In this document: piece after piece, positions 1 to 9,703 of the stretch | Layout: each line of letters opens with the position of its first letter | How positions within the stretch are numbered: the first letter of the stretch is position 1 | Assembly: GCA_048886685.1 (NCBI GenBank) | Contig: JBHLKM010000018.1 | Span: 36,324-100,323 of the forward strand | Source of the DNA: Candidatus Hodarchaeota archaeon | GTDB lineage: Archaea > Asgardarchaeota > Lokiarchaeia > Sigyniarchaeales > SOKP01 | Length of the DNA stretch: 64,000 nucleotides | Direction of reading: 5' to 3' | Program-made: the position numbers and the translations under genes | Notes under the pieces: generated by a model | The model's input: only the letters and a program-made list of their open reading frames with translations | Database searches by the model: none | Told to the model about the DNA's origin: nothing

Positions 1-686
1 AAAACATCCTTAGAACTGTTGAAAACCTGAGCTATTACGTGGTCTTGGAAATATTTTTCTAATTTTGGAAGAAATTCAGGTCCATATAAGATTGCTCTTT
101 GTAGAAATTTTAATTTTTGAGAACCTTTTATGGTTAAATTGCTTAATTCTGATAATTTTTTCTTAAAATTATTATATTTTTCAATACTTTTTGTCAAATC
201 CTGAACTTTTATTTCAGATCCTTTAATTTTTTCAATTTCTTCTTTTAAAGCCATTAATTCTAGCTTAAAATACTTTGAACTATTTTCCGTTTTAGTGTAT
301 GATACATAGAATTTCAGATAAGGAATATTGTGATATTTTGCTATTATTTCTGATGCACAAATGTCTGAAACACAATGATTTGAGATTATAAAATAATCAA
401 CCAAATCTAGAAATTTATAATTATTAGGTTTTGTAGAAAAGGCTCCAATACATGATTGAGCAAATGAACAAGTCGAAGGGGGCAGAAAATCATGACTAGC
501 ATCCATTAATTCATCATTTCCAGCAAACATCATTCTTAAAGGAATAAAACCAGCAGCATCGATTAACTCTTCTGGAATATTATCATGAGATATGAAAGCA
601 ATTACTTTTTTACCCTCTTCCTTCTTTTCTTTAAGATAAATATAATAATCTGATAGAAATTCAGAATCTTCCATTTCTATAATCAT
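1..686 (-). CDS. 2-hydroxyacyl-CoA dehydratase subunit (HgdB/FldB/BcrC family), runs off window start
   Basis: Manual translation from ATG 686 (or 674): MEDSEF...GKKVIAF..HDNIPEELIDAAGFIP...LPPSTCSFAQ...SNHCVSD; open to position 1; directly downstream of the activator gene. Confidence 0.8.
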   Translation of the reverse strand, partial: MIIEMEDSEFLSDYYIYLKEKKEEGKKVIAFISHDNIPEELIDAAGFIPLRMMFAGNDELMDASHDFLPPSTCSFAQSCIGAFSTKPNNYKFLDLVDYFIISNHCVSDICASEIIAKYHNIPYLKFYVSYTKTENSSKYFKLELMALKEEIEKIKGSEIKVQDLTKSIEKYNNFKKKLSELSNLTIKGSQKLKFLQRAILYGPEFLPKLEKYFQDHVIAQVFNSSKDV

Positions 687-764
687 AAAAATTTTGAATT
701 ATTAAACAAAAAAGAGTTAATTGTTCATAAAATTTATTGATATAAAAACTAAATAGAAAACAGA

Positions 765-1544
765 TTAATCGTCATTATGTTCTTGAGCAATTAAAGCTGC
801 TCCGATTGCTCCTGTTAACTGGGGATGATTTGGGATTACTATTTCATAACCTAATTCTTCTTCTAAGAACTTTTTAACTGCTACATTTTTAGCAACACCT
901 CCACAAAAAACAAGTAAAGGTGCTACTCCTATACGTTTAGCCATGCCTGCGACTCTCCTAGCAATGGATTTATGAATTCCCGCTGCTATATCATGTTTTG
1001 CTGTACCTCTGGCAAATAAGGAAATTACTTCACTCTCAGCGAAAACAGTACATGTAGAACTAATTGCTGAGGGTTTATTTGAGTTTAATGCGAGATCTCC
1101 AATTTCTTCTATTGGAACTTCAAGTGCATGAGCCATGACTTCTAAAAACCTTCCAGTTCCTGCTGCACATTTATCATTCATTTGAAAGTCCATAACATTA
1201 CCAGTTTTTTTGGATATAAGAATGGCTTTAGAATCCTGACCTCCAATATCAATAACAGAGTGTGCTTCTGGAAAAAAATATTGTGCTCCACGGGCATGTG
1301 CTGTAATTTCTGTGATTCGATCATTAGCAATATCAATTGTATTGCGTCCATACCCAGTAGACATAATGAAAACATCACTTTTACTCAAATTATTTTTTTC
1401 CAAGATCTCATTAAAAAGATTATTACCTACTCTTTTAAAATCGAATGTAGATCTTTCAACTCGAAAATCAACCAATTTTCCCTCATTCACTAGTACAATT
1501 TTAGTAACGAGAGATCCGATATCTAGTCCAATAAAATTTTGCAT
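765..1544 (-). CDS. acyl-CoA dehydratase activase (HgdC/FldI family ASKHA ATPase, [4Fe-4S])
   Basis: GLDIGS, STGYGR, IDIGGQDSK, MNDKCAAGTGRFLE and ISSTCTVFAESEV motifs. Confidence 0.95.
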   Translation of the reverse strand: MQNFIGLDIGSLVTKIVLVNEGKLVDFRVERSTFDFKRVGNNLFNEILEKNNLSKSDVFIMSTGYGRNTIDIANDRITEITAHARGAQYFFPEAHSVIDIGGQDSKAILISKKTGNVMDFQMNDKCAAGTGRFLEVMAHALEVPIEEIGDLALNSNKPSAISSTCTVFAESEVISLFARGTAKHDIAAGIHKSIARRVAGMAKRIGVAPLLVFCGGVAKNVAVKKFLEEELGYEIVIPNHPQLTGAIGAALIAQEHNDD

Positions 1545-1623
1545 TTTATTTTTTCCATAATATAGTTAGATGGGTAAATGAAAATCAAAAAATAAAATTT
1601 ATGATAATAATCGAGATAATATT

Positions 1624-2352
1624 TTAACCTAATAAGAATATAGAAATAATTAGTGTTAATGTAAACGCAAAAACCATCTGAAGTATATTTTTAACTATAG
1701 ATTCTTTAGAAATGACTCCTAAAAAGACCCCGAGTAAAATAATACAGATTAGAATTATACTAAATGAAATAATAAAAGTAGAAAAATTAGCTATTGGTGC
1801 ATAAAAGAACGGAAATAATGGTACAAGGCCTCCTAAAAATGGTGATAAGCCATTTACAAACGCTACAATAATACTTGCAAATCTTTCAGCTTTTTCTTGG
1901 ATGTTTTTAGTTCTTTTTTTCTTTTTTTTCTGATTATTATTTGTATTAATCTCAATACTGTTTGCTTTAATATTTATGTTATTCCCTATTTTAGTTAACA
2001 TTGCTTTTTCAATTTCTTTTCTACTTGCTTCTTCATCAATTTGATCTTCTTTTTCTTCAGTAATTATCATTGCTCTTTTTAATTCTTCTTTTATTTTTTT
2101 TTGTTCTGCTTTTTCTGAAAGATAGGATCCTGTTATCCCTGATATAAACATAGATATAGATGATCCTACTCCCGTTAGAATAACAAGATGGCTATCGACT
2201 GAGATCTGTCCTTCCTTAAGTATTAGTGCAAAGAATCCCAAGAGGATACCCAAAACTGTTAACATCCCATCATAAAAATTATTCACAAAATAACGGCGAG
2301 CAATTGCCCACAAATTTGTTATTTTTGAATATACTCTGATTTTTTCGAGCAT
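1624..2352 (-). CDS. VIT1/CCC1 family Fe/Mn transporter
   Basis: RRYFVNNFYDGMLT, SGITGSYLSEKAE, NGLSPFLGGLVPLFPF; 5-TM pattern. Confidence 0.8.
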   Translation of the reverse strand: MLEKIRVYSKITNLWAIARRYFVNNFYDGMLTVLGILLGFFALILKEGQISVDSHLVILTGVGSSISMFISGITGSYLSEKAEQKKIKEELKRAMIITEEKEDQIDEEASRKEIEKAMLTKIGNNINIKANSIEINTNNNQKKKKKRTKNIQEKAERFASIIVAFVNGLSPFLGGLVPLFPFFYAPIANFSTFIISFSIILICIILLGVFLGVISKESIVKNILQMVFAFTLTLIISIFLLG

Positions 2353-2417
2353 TCTTATTAATCTAATTTTACTTTAGTTTGGATTAAAAATCTGATTTAT
2401 TAACACACCCTATAATT

Positions 2418-3086
2418 TTAGATACCTAACAATATTGATATAAGAAGAGTAACAATCCCAGCAGTAACTAAATGTATGGCATATCTTACACGTCCCCCAC
2501 CTGAAATCTTTCCTAAAAAGTTACCTAAATAAATAAGCAGTATAGCAAGTACAATATAAGAAAAGATAAAATGTATGAGAGACAATTTTACGCCAAAGAA
2601 AAATGGAATTAAAGGTAAAGAGGATCCTAACACTGGAGCACCTCCGTCAACTAGGGAAGCAACTATAGTTGCGAAATCCTCAGCTTTTTCTAGTAAAGTC
2701 TTGTCTTTTTTATTTTTCATATTATTTTTTAAATCGTGTTCCAATATATCGCTATTTTCATCTTCTTTTTCCTCGATCATTGCCATATCTTTTTTCATGT
2801 CATCAACTTTCTTCTTTCTTTCAGCTTCTTCAGAAAGAAAAGCACCCCATAGACCACTTATACCAATAGCTAATGCTGTAGCGAAACCAGTAACAGTAAC
2901 GGTTTGAGGGGTGAATTGAGTTGCATTTTTACTCAGAAAAATAATGAAAATACCACTCACGATTCCAGCGCAAGTTAAAGCGCCATCAAAACAGTTATTG
3001 AAAAATTTACGTCGAGCAATTATACCCAAATCGGACATTTTTGAATATTCTTTCCAACTTTTTAACGTTTCACGAAATTTTACCAA
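2418..3086 (-). CDS. VIT1/CCC1 family Fe/Mn transporter (tandem paralogue)
   Basis: RRKFFNNCFDGALT, SGLWGAFLSEEAER, DGGAPVLGSSLPLIPF. Confidence 0.8.
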   Translation of the reverse strand: MVKFRETLKSWKEYSKMSDLGIIARRKFFNNCFDGALTCAGIVSGIFIIFLSKNATQFTPQTVTVTGFATALAIGISGLWGAFLSEEAERKKKVDDMKKDMAMIEEKEDENSDILEHDLKNNMKNKKDKTLLEKAEDFATIVASLVDGGAPVLGSSLPLIPFFFGVKLSLIHFIFSYIVLAILLIYLGNFLGKISGGGRVRYAIHLVTAGIVTLLISILLGI

Positions 3087-3266
3087 TTCTATTCCTCAAA
3101 AATCGTTGTTAAACTAAAAATATAGTCTCTTATTCCCAAATTATTCAAGTTGTTTTTAAATACTTATTTAATAATATATTTTATCTTTATTATATTTTTA
3201 TTGGGAGTGATCTATGTATATTGGATAATTTTGGTATTATAGAAAAAAAAAGTTAAAAAAAATATT

Positions 3267-4052
3267 TTAGTTTCCCTTAAATTTACCTTCACGCTTTCCG
3301 AAAAATGCAGCAACTCCTTCTCTTAAATCTTCCGTTTGAAGGGTTAACATTAATTGATCCATATCCATATGCATTATTGCTTGATCTAAGGCACCACAAA
3401 TGTGATTAATAGTTTTTTTAATCATTTGAGCAGGGATTGGGGGCATCACAGCATATTCTTTACCGATCTCAATAGCTCGCTCTAAGAGATTCTCCTTTGG
3501 AACTATTTCACTTATAAAACCCCACTTTAAAAGTGTTTGAGCATCATTATTTTTGCCTAATATTGTCATTTCTTTTGCAAATGTAGGACCAATTAGATGA
3601 ACAACAATAGGAAGTATAGTCCAGCTTAAACTCATTCCTAATCGGCTCTCCGGAAATCCTGCCATACAATTTTCTTCTCCAATACGAAAATCAAGTGCTG
3701 AAGCTATACAACAACCTCCTCCAAATGCACCTCCATTAATGGCAGCGATTGTAATTTGATCCATCATGTATAGCTTACGAGTCATTCTCGGCCCATTTTG
3801 CATTGCTCTTTGTCTTCCCAGTAATGTAGTTGGACCTTGTTGTTCTCTCAAATCTCTTCCACCACTAAAATGTTTACCCGCTCCTGTAAAAATCACAACA
3901 CGCGTTTCTGTGTCTGATTGAAATTCTTCTGTTAAATATTCAATCTCTGTCATTAAAGCAGTACTTAATGTGTTGAGTTGTTCTGGTCGATTAAATGTAA
4001 CAATAGCGATGTAATCGTCGCGTTTTTCTACTATTAAATTTTTATACTCCAT
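3267..4052 (-). CDS. enoyl-CoA hydratase/isomerase (crotonase) family protein
   Basis: TFNRPEQLNTL, FTGAGKHFSGGRDL, IAAINGGAFGGG, FPESRLG, EDLREGVAAFFGKREGKFKG. Confidence 0.92.
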   Translation of the reverse strand: MEYKNLIVEKRDDYIAIVTFNRPEQLNTLSTALMTEIEYLTEEFQSDTETRVVIFTGAGKHFSGGRDLREQQGPTTLLGRQRAMQNGPRMTRKLYMMDQITIAAINGGAFGGGCCIASALDFRIGEENCMAGFPESRLGMSLSWTILPIVVHLIGPTFAKEMTILGKNNDAQTLLKWGFISEIVPKENLLERAIEIGKEYAVMPPIPAQMIKKTINHICGALDQAIMHMDMDQLMLTLQTEDLREGVAAFFGKREGKFKGN

Positions 4053-4254
4053 ACATACTCACTTTAAAATAAACTGTCAACTTCATATAAAATGTAATTT
4101 TAGATCTAAAAATCCATAATCATTGAAAAACTAATGAGAATTTTCCAAATAAAACAATATAAACTCTCCCTAATTTATATTCTACAAATACTAAATTTTT
4201 AATAACCTAATTATTAATATTAATATCAGAACAAAATATTTTAAGGGAATTCTT

Positions 4255-4893
4255 ATGAATAAGATTAAAGAAGAAATTATTTCAATGTTAATTGAACATT
4301 CAAGAATTATATATTCTGTTATTTCGGATATGGGTGTTTACTATTCAACTTGGGCAGAAGATTACGAGGCTAATAAGGAAACCTTAGAAAAGAAAAAAAG
4401 TAAAATGCAACTCCGTGAAGAAGATGCCGATGCTATTAAAATTCAATTGATACAGAATTATTCTGAGGCAGGCGCGCAAGGTTTAGGAGATTATGTTGCT
4501 CTTATTCTCCGGATGGATAATGTAATAAACTATCCGTTGGAATTTGTTGATATGCTTCCAAAAATCAAGTTAGACGGTGGAGGAGATGATGAAATAAAGA
4601 AAAGATATGAAAAATTGATTAATAAAACAATTAATATGGCTAATGTCTTAAAATCTACAATAAAAAGTCTAAGAGATAAACCTGAAATGGTTTTGAAAAA
4701 TACCACTACTATCCATGAGATTGAAAATGAAGTTGATACAATATATCGCCAATTTTTAGAATATCTTTATTCCAATGATCAATTAAATATGAGGAAACTT
4801 CTTAGAATAAGAGATAGCATAGTTTTAATGGAACAGCTTTGCGATAGAATCCATGATATTGCTGATCAAATAAGAATTCTTCTCTATCAATAA
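4255..4893 (+). CDS. DUF47/PhoU-like phosphate transport regulator
   Basis: Two helical repeats with EEDADAIK and IENEVDTIYR, and C-terminal MEQLCDRIHDIADQI. Confidence 0.8.
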   Translation: MNKIKEEIISMLIEHSRIIYSVISDMGVYYSTWAEDYEANKETLEKKKSKMQLREEDADAIKIQLIQNYSEAGAQGLGDYVALILRMDNVINYPLEFVDMLPKIKLDGGGDDEIKKRYEKLINKTINMANVLKSTIKSLRDKPEMVLKNTTTIHEIENEVDTIYRQFLEYLYSNDQLNMRKLLRIRDSIVLMEQLCDRIHDIADQIRILLYQ

Positions 4894-5040
4894 AAATCTT
4901 TTTTGATTCCGTTCTTTGTTGTCAGATGGATAAGAGATCTTTTTTTTATCTTCTTTTAATAACAAAATTTATACGCGTAATTTAATTTGTATTATTTAAA
5001 ATTAACAAGTTTTTTAAACAAAAACAAAGATGTTAGATAT

Positions 5041-5403
5041 ATGAAAGGTAAACAGAAATTTTACTTATTACTTGGAATATTTCAAGTGGTATTGATTTTC
5101 TTAGTAATTTTCACATCAAATGGAATTGTAACTTTTGTTAGTGCTCAGGGTACTACCTTTGATTATTATGATTCAACAACAACAGTTGCTTTAGCGATAG
5201 CTGTAGCATTATCCGTAAGTTTTTCAGTGCTCGGAAGCGCTTGGGCTATGAAAACAGTAGGAACTGCTGCTATAAGTGCACTTTCAGAAAGAGAAGAAGC
5301 GTTCTTTAAAGCATTTCTTGTGGTTGCCCTATGCGAAGCACTAGCAGTCTATGGACTAATTGTAGGAATTTTACTTTGGACAAAAATCCCTACGCCCGTA
5401 TGA
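5041..5403 (+). CDS. atpK: A/V-type ATPase proteolipid subunit K/c with N-terminal hydrophobic extension
   Basis: Hairpin with GTAAISALSER and ion-binding Glu in ALCEALAVYGLIV; ATG 5041 preferred over TTG 4987. Confidence 0.9.
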   Translation: MKGKQKFYLLLGIFQVVLIFLVIFTSNGIVTFVSAQGTTFDYYDSTTTVALAIAVALSVSFSVLGSAWAMKTVGTAAISALSEREEAFFKAFLVVALCEALAVYGLIVGILLWTKIPTPV

Positions 5404-5457
5404 GTTAATTTTTTTTAAAATATTACCACAAAAAATTTTGATTTTGGTGATTTTTGG

Positions 5458-6507
5458 ACGAGTGTTATTGTTGATAGCTATGCGTTTACTCTAATCAAAA
5501 TTGGTTTTCTAAAACAACTAATAATGGATGAAATAACTCTAAAAAAGTTAGAAGATATAACCAATATTGAGCAACTAATCGAATATATTGATAGGTTTTA
5601 CCCAGGCTTGACCTTTAATACATACACTATTGAAGAAATTGAGAAGGCATTATTTCATACTTATATTAAATTAATTGGAAGAATAATAATGAATTCTCCA
5701 AGAACTATGCGTATATTTCTTAGAAATTATCTTATGAAGTATGAAATAATGAATATCAAAAGAATTATTTTAGGTACAATTCTTGGCATGAGTTTAAACG
5801 ATAAATCAAAATTAGTCAATAAACAGGTAGAAAAATACTTAAACAACACAGATTTTATTAATGAGCTTCTAGAAATTACATCTTTAGATCAAATTCAATT
5901 ATATATGAGGCATACCAAATATAACAAAGCCATAAGAGAAGGAATTCTTTACTTTCGAAATACTAAAGAAATTTTTGTCTTGGAAGCTTTTTTAGATAAA
6001 CTCTATTATGAAACTATGGAAAACGAAATAAAATTTCTAAATCCTAAAGAAAAAGTCATGATTTCTTTCTATGTGAAGTATAAATCTGAGATATATAACT
6101 TGAATATAATTTATAGAGGTATTAAGAATAATATTGACAGGAATCTACTTTCACAGTTCCTTGTTAACAATTATATGTTCTTAGATCAAAGCTCTCTAAA
6201 TGATCTACTAAAGCTAAATAATGTTAATGATTTTATTACACTTCTATCTGAATTTTTGATTATAAAAAATGAAATAAGAACTAATCTACTACGATCTCCG
6301 CTTAAAGGAAAACACTTGATTTGGGAAATTGAAAAACTATATTTTAATTACTTTTTTAAGAAATTTCAACTTCAAATAGACGATATAGAATATCAATCAA
6401 TTTTCAAGATTATGGAGTTATTAATTAGAAAAGATAATGAAATTAAAATTCACGTATTACCTAAGGTTGTAGATATTTTACATGAAAAATATAAGGTGTT
6501 AACATAA
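5458..6507 (+). CDS. atpC: A/V-type ATPase subunit C (d); start probably upstream of the ORF-track ATG 5524
   Basis: KYEIMNIKRII, LEAFLDKLYY and EIYNLNIIYRG motifs; in-frame upstream SVIVDSYAF...; operon position. Confidence 0.8.
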   Translation, partial: TSVIVDSYAFTLIKIGFLKQLIMDEITLKKLEDITNIEQLIEYIDRFYPGLTFNTYTIEEIEKALFHTYIKLIGRIIMNSPRTMRIFLRNYLMKYEIMNIKRIILGTILGMSLNDKSKLVNKQVEKYLNNTDFINELLEITSLDQIQLYMRHTKYNKAIREGILYFRNTKEIFVLEAFLDKLYYETMENEIKFLNPKEKVMISFYVKYKSEIYNLNIIYRGIKNNIDRNLLSQFLVNNYMFLDQSSLNDLLKLNNVNDFITLLSEFLIIKNEIRTNLLRSPLKGKHLIWEIEKLYFNYFFKKFQLQIDDIEYQSIFKIMELLIRKDNEIKIHVLPKVVDILHEKYKVLT

Positions 6508-6818
6508 TGGATCTTTTTGAAAATTTGAAAGATATCGAAAGGGTTTATGAAGAACTTGTGAACAATGCTAAGAATTTAAACTTAAAAGAAATTGAGAAAT
6601 TCAGAGAAAATGAACAAATAGCATTTGAGGACTTTATTAACGAAAAGAATAAGCTTGTGAATGAGGTATTAGGAAAACTAGCAAAAGATGTTAAAATAAA
6701 AATTGATAGTTTTAAAAATAAATTAGATACGGCAATTAAAAAGATTGAGTTACAATTTCAAAAAAGAATTGGAAATCTTCAGAAATTGATCATCGAAGAG
6801 GTGGGATTAGACTTTTAA
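6507..6818 (+). CDS. A/V-type ATPase peripheral stalk subunit H/G-like
   Basis: 103-aa charged coiled coil (LKDIERVYEELVNNAK), translationally coupled inside the operon. Confidence 0.6.
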   Translation: MDLFENLKDIERVYEELVNNAKNLNLKEIEKFRENEQIAFEDFINEKNKLVNEVLGKLAKDVKIKIDSFKNKLDTAIKKIELQFQKRIGNLQKLIIEEVGLDF

Positions 6819-7144
6819 TGTTTGATAAAGAAGTTTATGTAGTGGGGGATGAAGATATTGTTTTAATGTTCGGACTCTTAGGAATAGAGGGCACAATAAT
6901 CGAACATCGGGATGAGTTCCTAAAATTGTTTAACGATTTGGTAACTCAACCAGAAATAGGAATGATTATTATAACATTAAAATTGTCTGATGAATTAATT
7001 GATTTTCTGTTAGATTTTAAATTAAATAACAAGAAACCGTTTATATTTATTCTTCCTGACATTTTCCAACCTAATATCGAAAGAATGGATGTCCTATTAA
7101 ATAAAATCTCCAATGCAATTAGCGAGATAGAGCTATTAAAATGA
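6818..7144 (+). CDS. atpF: A/V-type ATPase subunit F
   Basis: VYVVGDEDIVLMFGLLGIEG, EIGMIIIT, PFIFILPD. Confidence 0.9.
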   Translation: MFDKEVYVVGDEDIVLMFGLLGIEGTIIEHRDEFLKLFNDLVTQPEIGMIIITLKLSDELIDFLLDFKLNNKKPFIFILPDIFQPNIERMDVLLNKISNAISEIELLK

Positions 7145-7170
7145 GTTGATTAATAATTTCTGAAGAAAAA

Positions 7171-7884
7171 GTGTTTAAAAAGCAATTAGGAAATTTGGGA
7201 CGTTATTTAATCGAGAGAGCCCAAATTGAGATAAAAGAATTAAACCAAAAAACTCTTTTTCAAAAAGCTGAAATAAAAAAAAGGTTTATAGAAAGGAGTG
7301 AAGAGAGAACAATTAAATTGAAGCAACATTTTAAAGAGAGCTATGATCAATTTTTAAATCAATCATTATCTTCAACTCTATTAAGTGGTAAAGAAAAATT
7401 TTTGAATATAAAAAATAATCTAATTAAAGAATTAAAGCTGTCGTTATTTAAGCTTATAAAGCAAAGAATTGATAATAATTATAAATTCTACATTGATTAT
7501 CTTTTGAATTCAATAAAAAATGTCACGAAAACTATAGATAATCCCCAGGAAGTAGAATTAATATTTAATAATAAAGATTATGACTATTTTATTAAGAATT
7601 TTGATAAAATTGTAAATCTTTTTAAGAATCCAATAGAAATTAATAAAGATAAAAGAGATTTTATTGGTGGATTTAAAATTTCTCTAGTTGGTGGAGTAAT
7701 ATCTTACGATTACACCATTGATAATTTAATTAATAGAAGTTCGTCTTATCTACAGATGGAAATTTCCAAAATCATTGATGACTCTGAAATTAAAGAGATT
7801 GAAATTGAATTTGAAGAATTTATAAAAAATCAAAAGAAATTAATTACGGAATACTTAACTAAGTATGATCAAATCCAAATCTAA
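7171..7884 (+). CDS. atpE: A/V-type ATPase subunit E
   Basis: N-terminal coiled coil plus FIGGFKI...ISYDYTIDNLI globular head. Confidence 0.85.
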   Translation: MFKKQLGNLGRYLIERAQIEIKELNQKTLFQKAEIKKRFIERSEERTIKLKQHFKESYDQFLNQSLSSTLLSGKEKFLNIKNNLIKELKLSLFKLIKQRIDNNYKFYIDYLLNSIKNVTKTIDNPQEVELIFNNKDYDYFIKNFDKIVNLFKNPIEINKDKRDFIGGFKISLVGGVISYDYTIDNLINRSSSYLQMEISKIIDDSEIKEIEIEFEEFIKNQKKLITEYLTKYDQIQI

Positions 7885-9703
7885 TAAAAATTCTCAGCAT
7901 GGATATATTTCTGCAATCATTGGTTCTTTAATTCATGTAAAAGGACTAGAGAATCAAATAAAACTACATGATTTGATTAAAGTTAGAAATATGTTAGGAG
8001 AAGTTATCCAAATTTATTCAGATCATATTGTTGCTCAATGTTTTGAAAATACAACAAATTTACGAATTGATGAAGAAGTTATAAATTTAAATGAACCCTT
8101 ATCAATGGAACTAGCACCAGGATTGTTGGGAAATATTTTTGATGGAATACAAAGACCACTTCAAAAAGCTTTTGAAATACTCAAAGGTGGGCAATTAGAA
8201 AGAGGATTAGAAATACCATCACTGTCGAGAACAAAAAAATGGCATTTTATTCCACTAGAGAGAATCAAAGCTAATGTTATAGGAGGAGATGTGATTGGAA
8301 TTGTCCAAGAAACTGAGATAATAGAACACAAAATAATGGTTCCACCATATACTAGTGGTATTTTAACCTATCTTGTAGGTGAGGGAGATTATACAATAGA
8401 ACAAGAAATATACAGATTAAAGAATGGGCAAGAAGAAAAATCTTTTTCAATGATGCAAAAATGGCCCATAACAACCCCTAGACCATTTAAAGAAAGGTTA
8501 TTACCTGATGAGCCGTTGATTACGGGGATACGTGTTATAGATTTATTGTTTCCAATAACCAAAGGGGGGACTTTTGGTGTTCCAGGAGGATTTGGAACCG
8601 GTAAAACAGTTATTCAACAATCATTAGCCAAATGGTGTGATGCTGATATAATTTTATACATAGGTTGCGGAGAACGAGGAAACGAGATAGCTGACGTATT
8701 AAAGCAATTTACTGAGCTAGTTGACCCCAAAAGTAAACGTCCTTTACTAGAGCGAATAATATTAATAGCAAATACCTCAAATATGCCCGTTTCGGCACGT
8801 GAAGCAAGTATTTTTTCTGGAGTAACTATTGCTGAATATTATAGAGATATGGGATATGATATTGCTGTTCTTGCTGACAGTACTTCAAGATGGGCAGAAT
8901 CTTTAAGAGAAATATCTGGATTATTGGAGGAAATGCCTGCTGAAGAGGGATATCCTGCTTATTTACCATCCAAACTCTCTGGATTTTATGAAAGGGCTGG
9001 TATTGTCAAACTTATTGGTAATAAAGTAAACGGAAAAGAAAGAATAGGATCATTAACAATCATAGGTTCTGTTAGTCCTCCCGCAGGGGACTTTAGTGAA
9101 CCTGTAACAGCAACCACTAAAAATTTTGTACAAGGGATATGGGCTTTGGATGCCGGATTAGCCTATTCTAAGCATTACCCCGCTATAAACTGGTTGGATT
9201 CATATTCAAACTATCCTGATTATATCTCTGAATGGTGGTATGAGAGAGATATAAACTGGTCGGAAATTGATATTGATTGGTTTGACTGTCGTAATCAAGT
9301 TAATGAAATTTTATCTCAAGATAATGAATTAAAATATATAACTCAACTAATCGGAGAAGAAAATTTACCTGATGATCAACAATTAACTTTATTTATTGCC
9401 AAATTAATTAAAAATGGATTTTTAATTCAAAATGCCTATGATGATATCGATAGCTTTACAGATATAGCGAAACTCTTAGGTATGATAAAAATTATTCTAT
9501 TATTATTTAAAGAAAGTAAAGAATTATTGAAACAAGGATTTTTAATCGAAGATATAAAATCACTTTTAGTTATTAATGATATTTTAAGAATAAATAGAAC
9601 AATAACTAATGATGATTTCAATAAAATTAAAGATATTAAAAAAAAGCTACTCAGTGAGATAGAATCTTTAAAATTAACCAGAGGAGTATTCAAAAAGCTA
9701 TGA
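7865..9703 (+). CDS. atpA: A/V-type ATPase catalytic subunit A (copy 1)
   Basis: Walker [49 protein letters not shown]. Confidence 0.97.
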   Translation: MIKSKSNKNSQHGYISAIIGSLIHVKGLENQIKLHDLIKVRNMLGEVIQIYSDHIVAQCFENTTNLRIDEEVINLNEPLSMELAPGLLGNIFDGIQRPLQKAFEILKGGQLERGLEIPSLSRTKKWHFIPLERIKANVIGGDVIGIVQETEIIEHKIMVPPYTSGILTYLVGEGDYTIEQEIYRLKNGQEEKSFSMMQKWPITTPRPFKERLLPDEPLITGIRVIDLLFPITKGGTFGVPGGFGTGKTVIQQSLAKWCDADIILYIGCGERGNEIADVLKQFTELVDPKSKRPLLERIILIANTSNMPVSAREASIFSGVTIAEYYRDMGYDIAVLADSTSRWAESLREISGLLEEMPAEEGYPAYLPSKLSGFYERAGIVKLIGNKVNGKERIGSLTIIGSVSPPAGDFSEPVTATTKNFVQGIWALDAGLAYSKHYPAINWLDSYSNYPDYISEWWYERDINWSEIDIDWFDCRNQVNEILSQDNELKYITQLIGEENLPDDQQLTLFIAKLIKNGFLIQNAYDDIDSFTDIAKLLGMIKIILLLFKESKELLKQGFLIEDIKSLLVINDILRINRTITNDDFNKIKDIKKKLLSEIESLKLTRGVFKKL

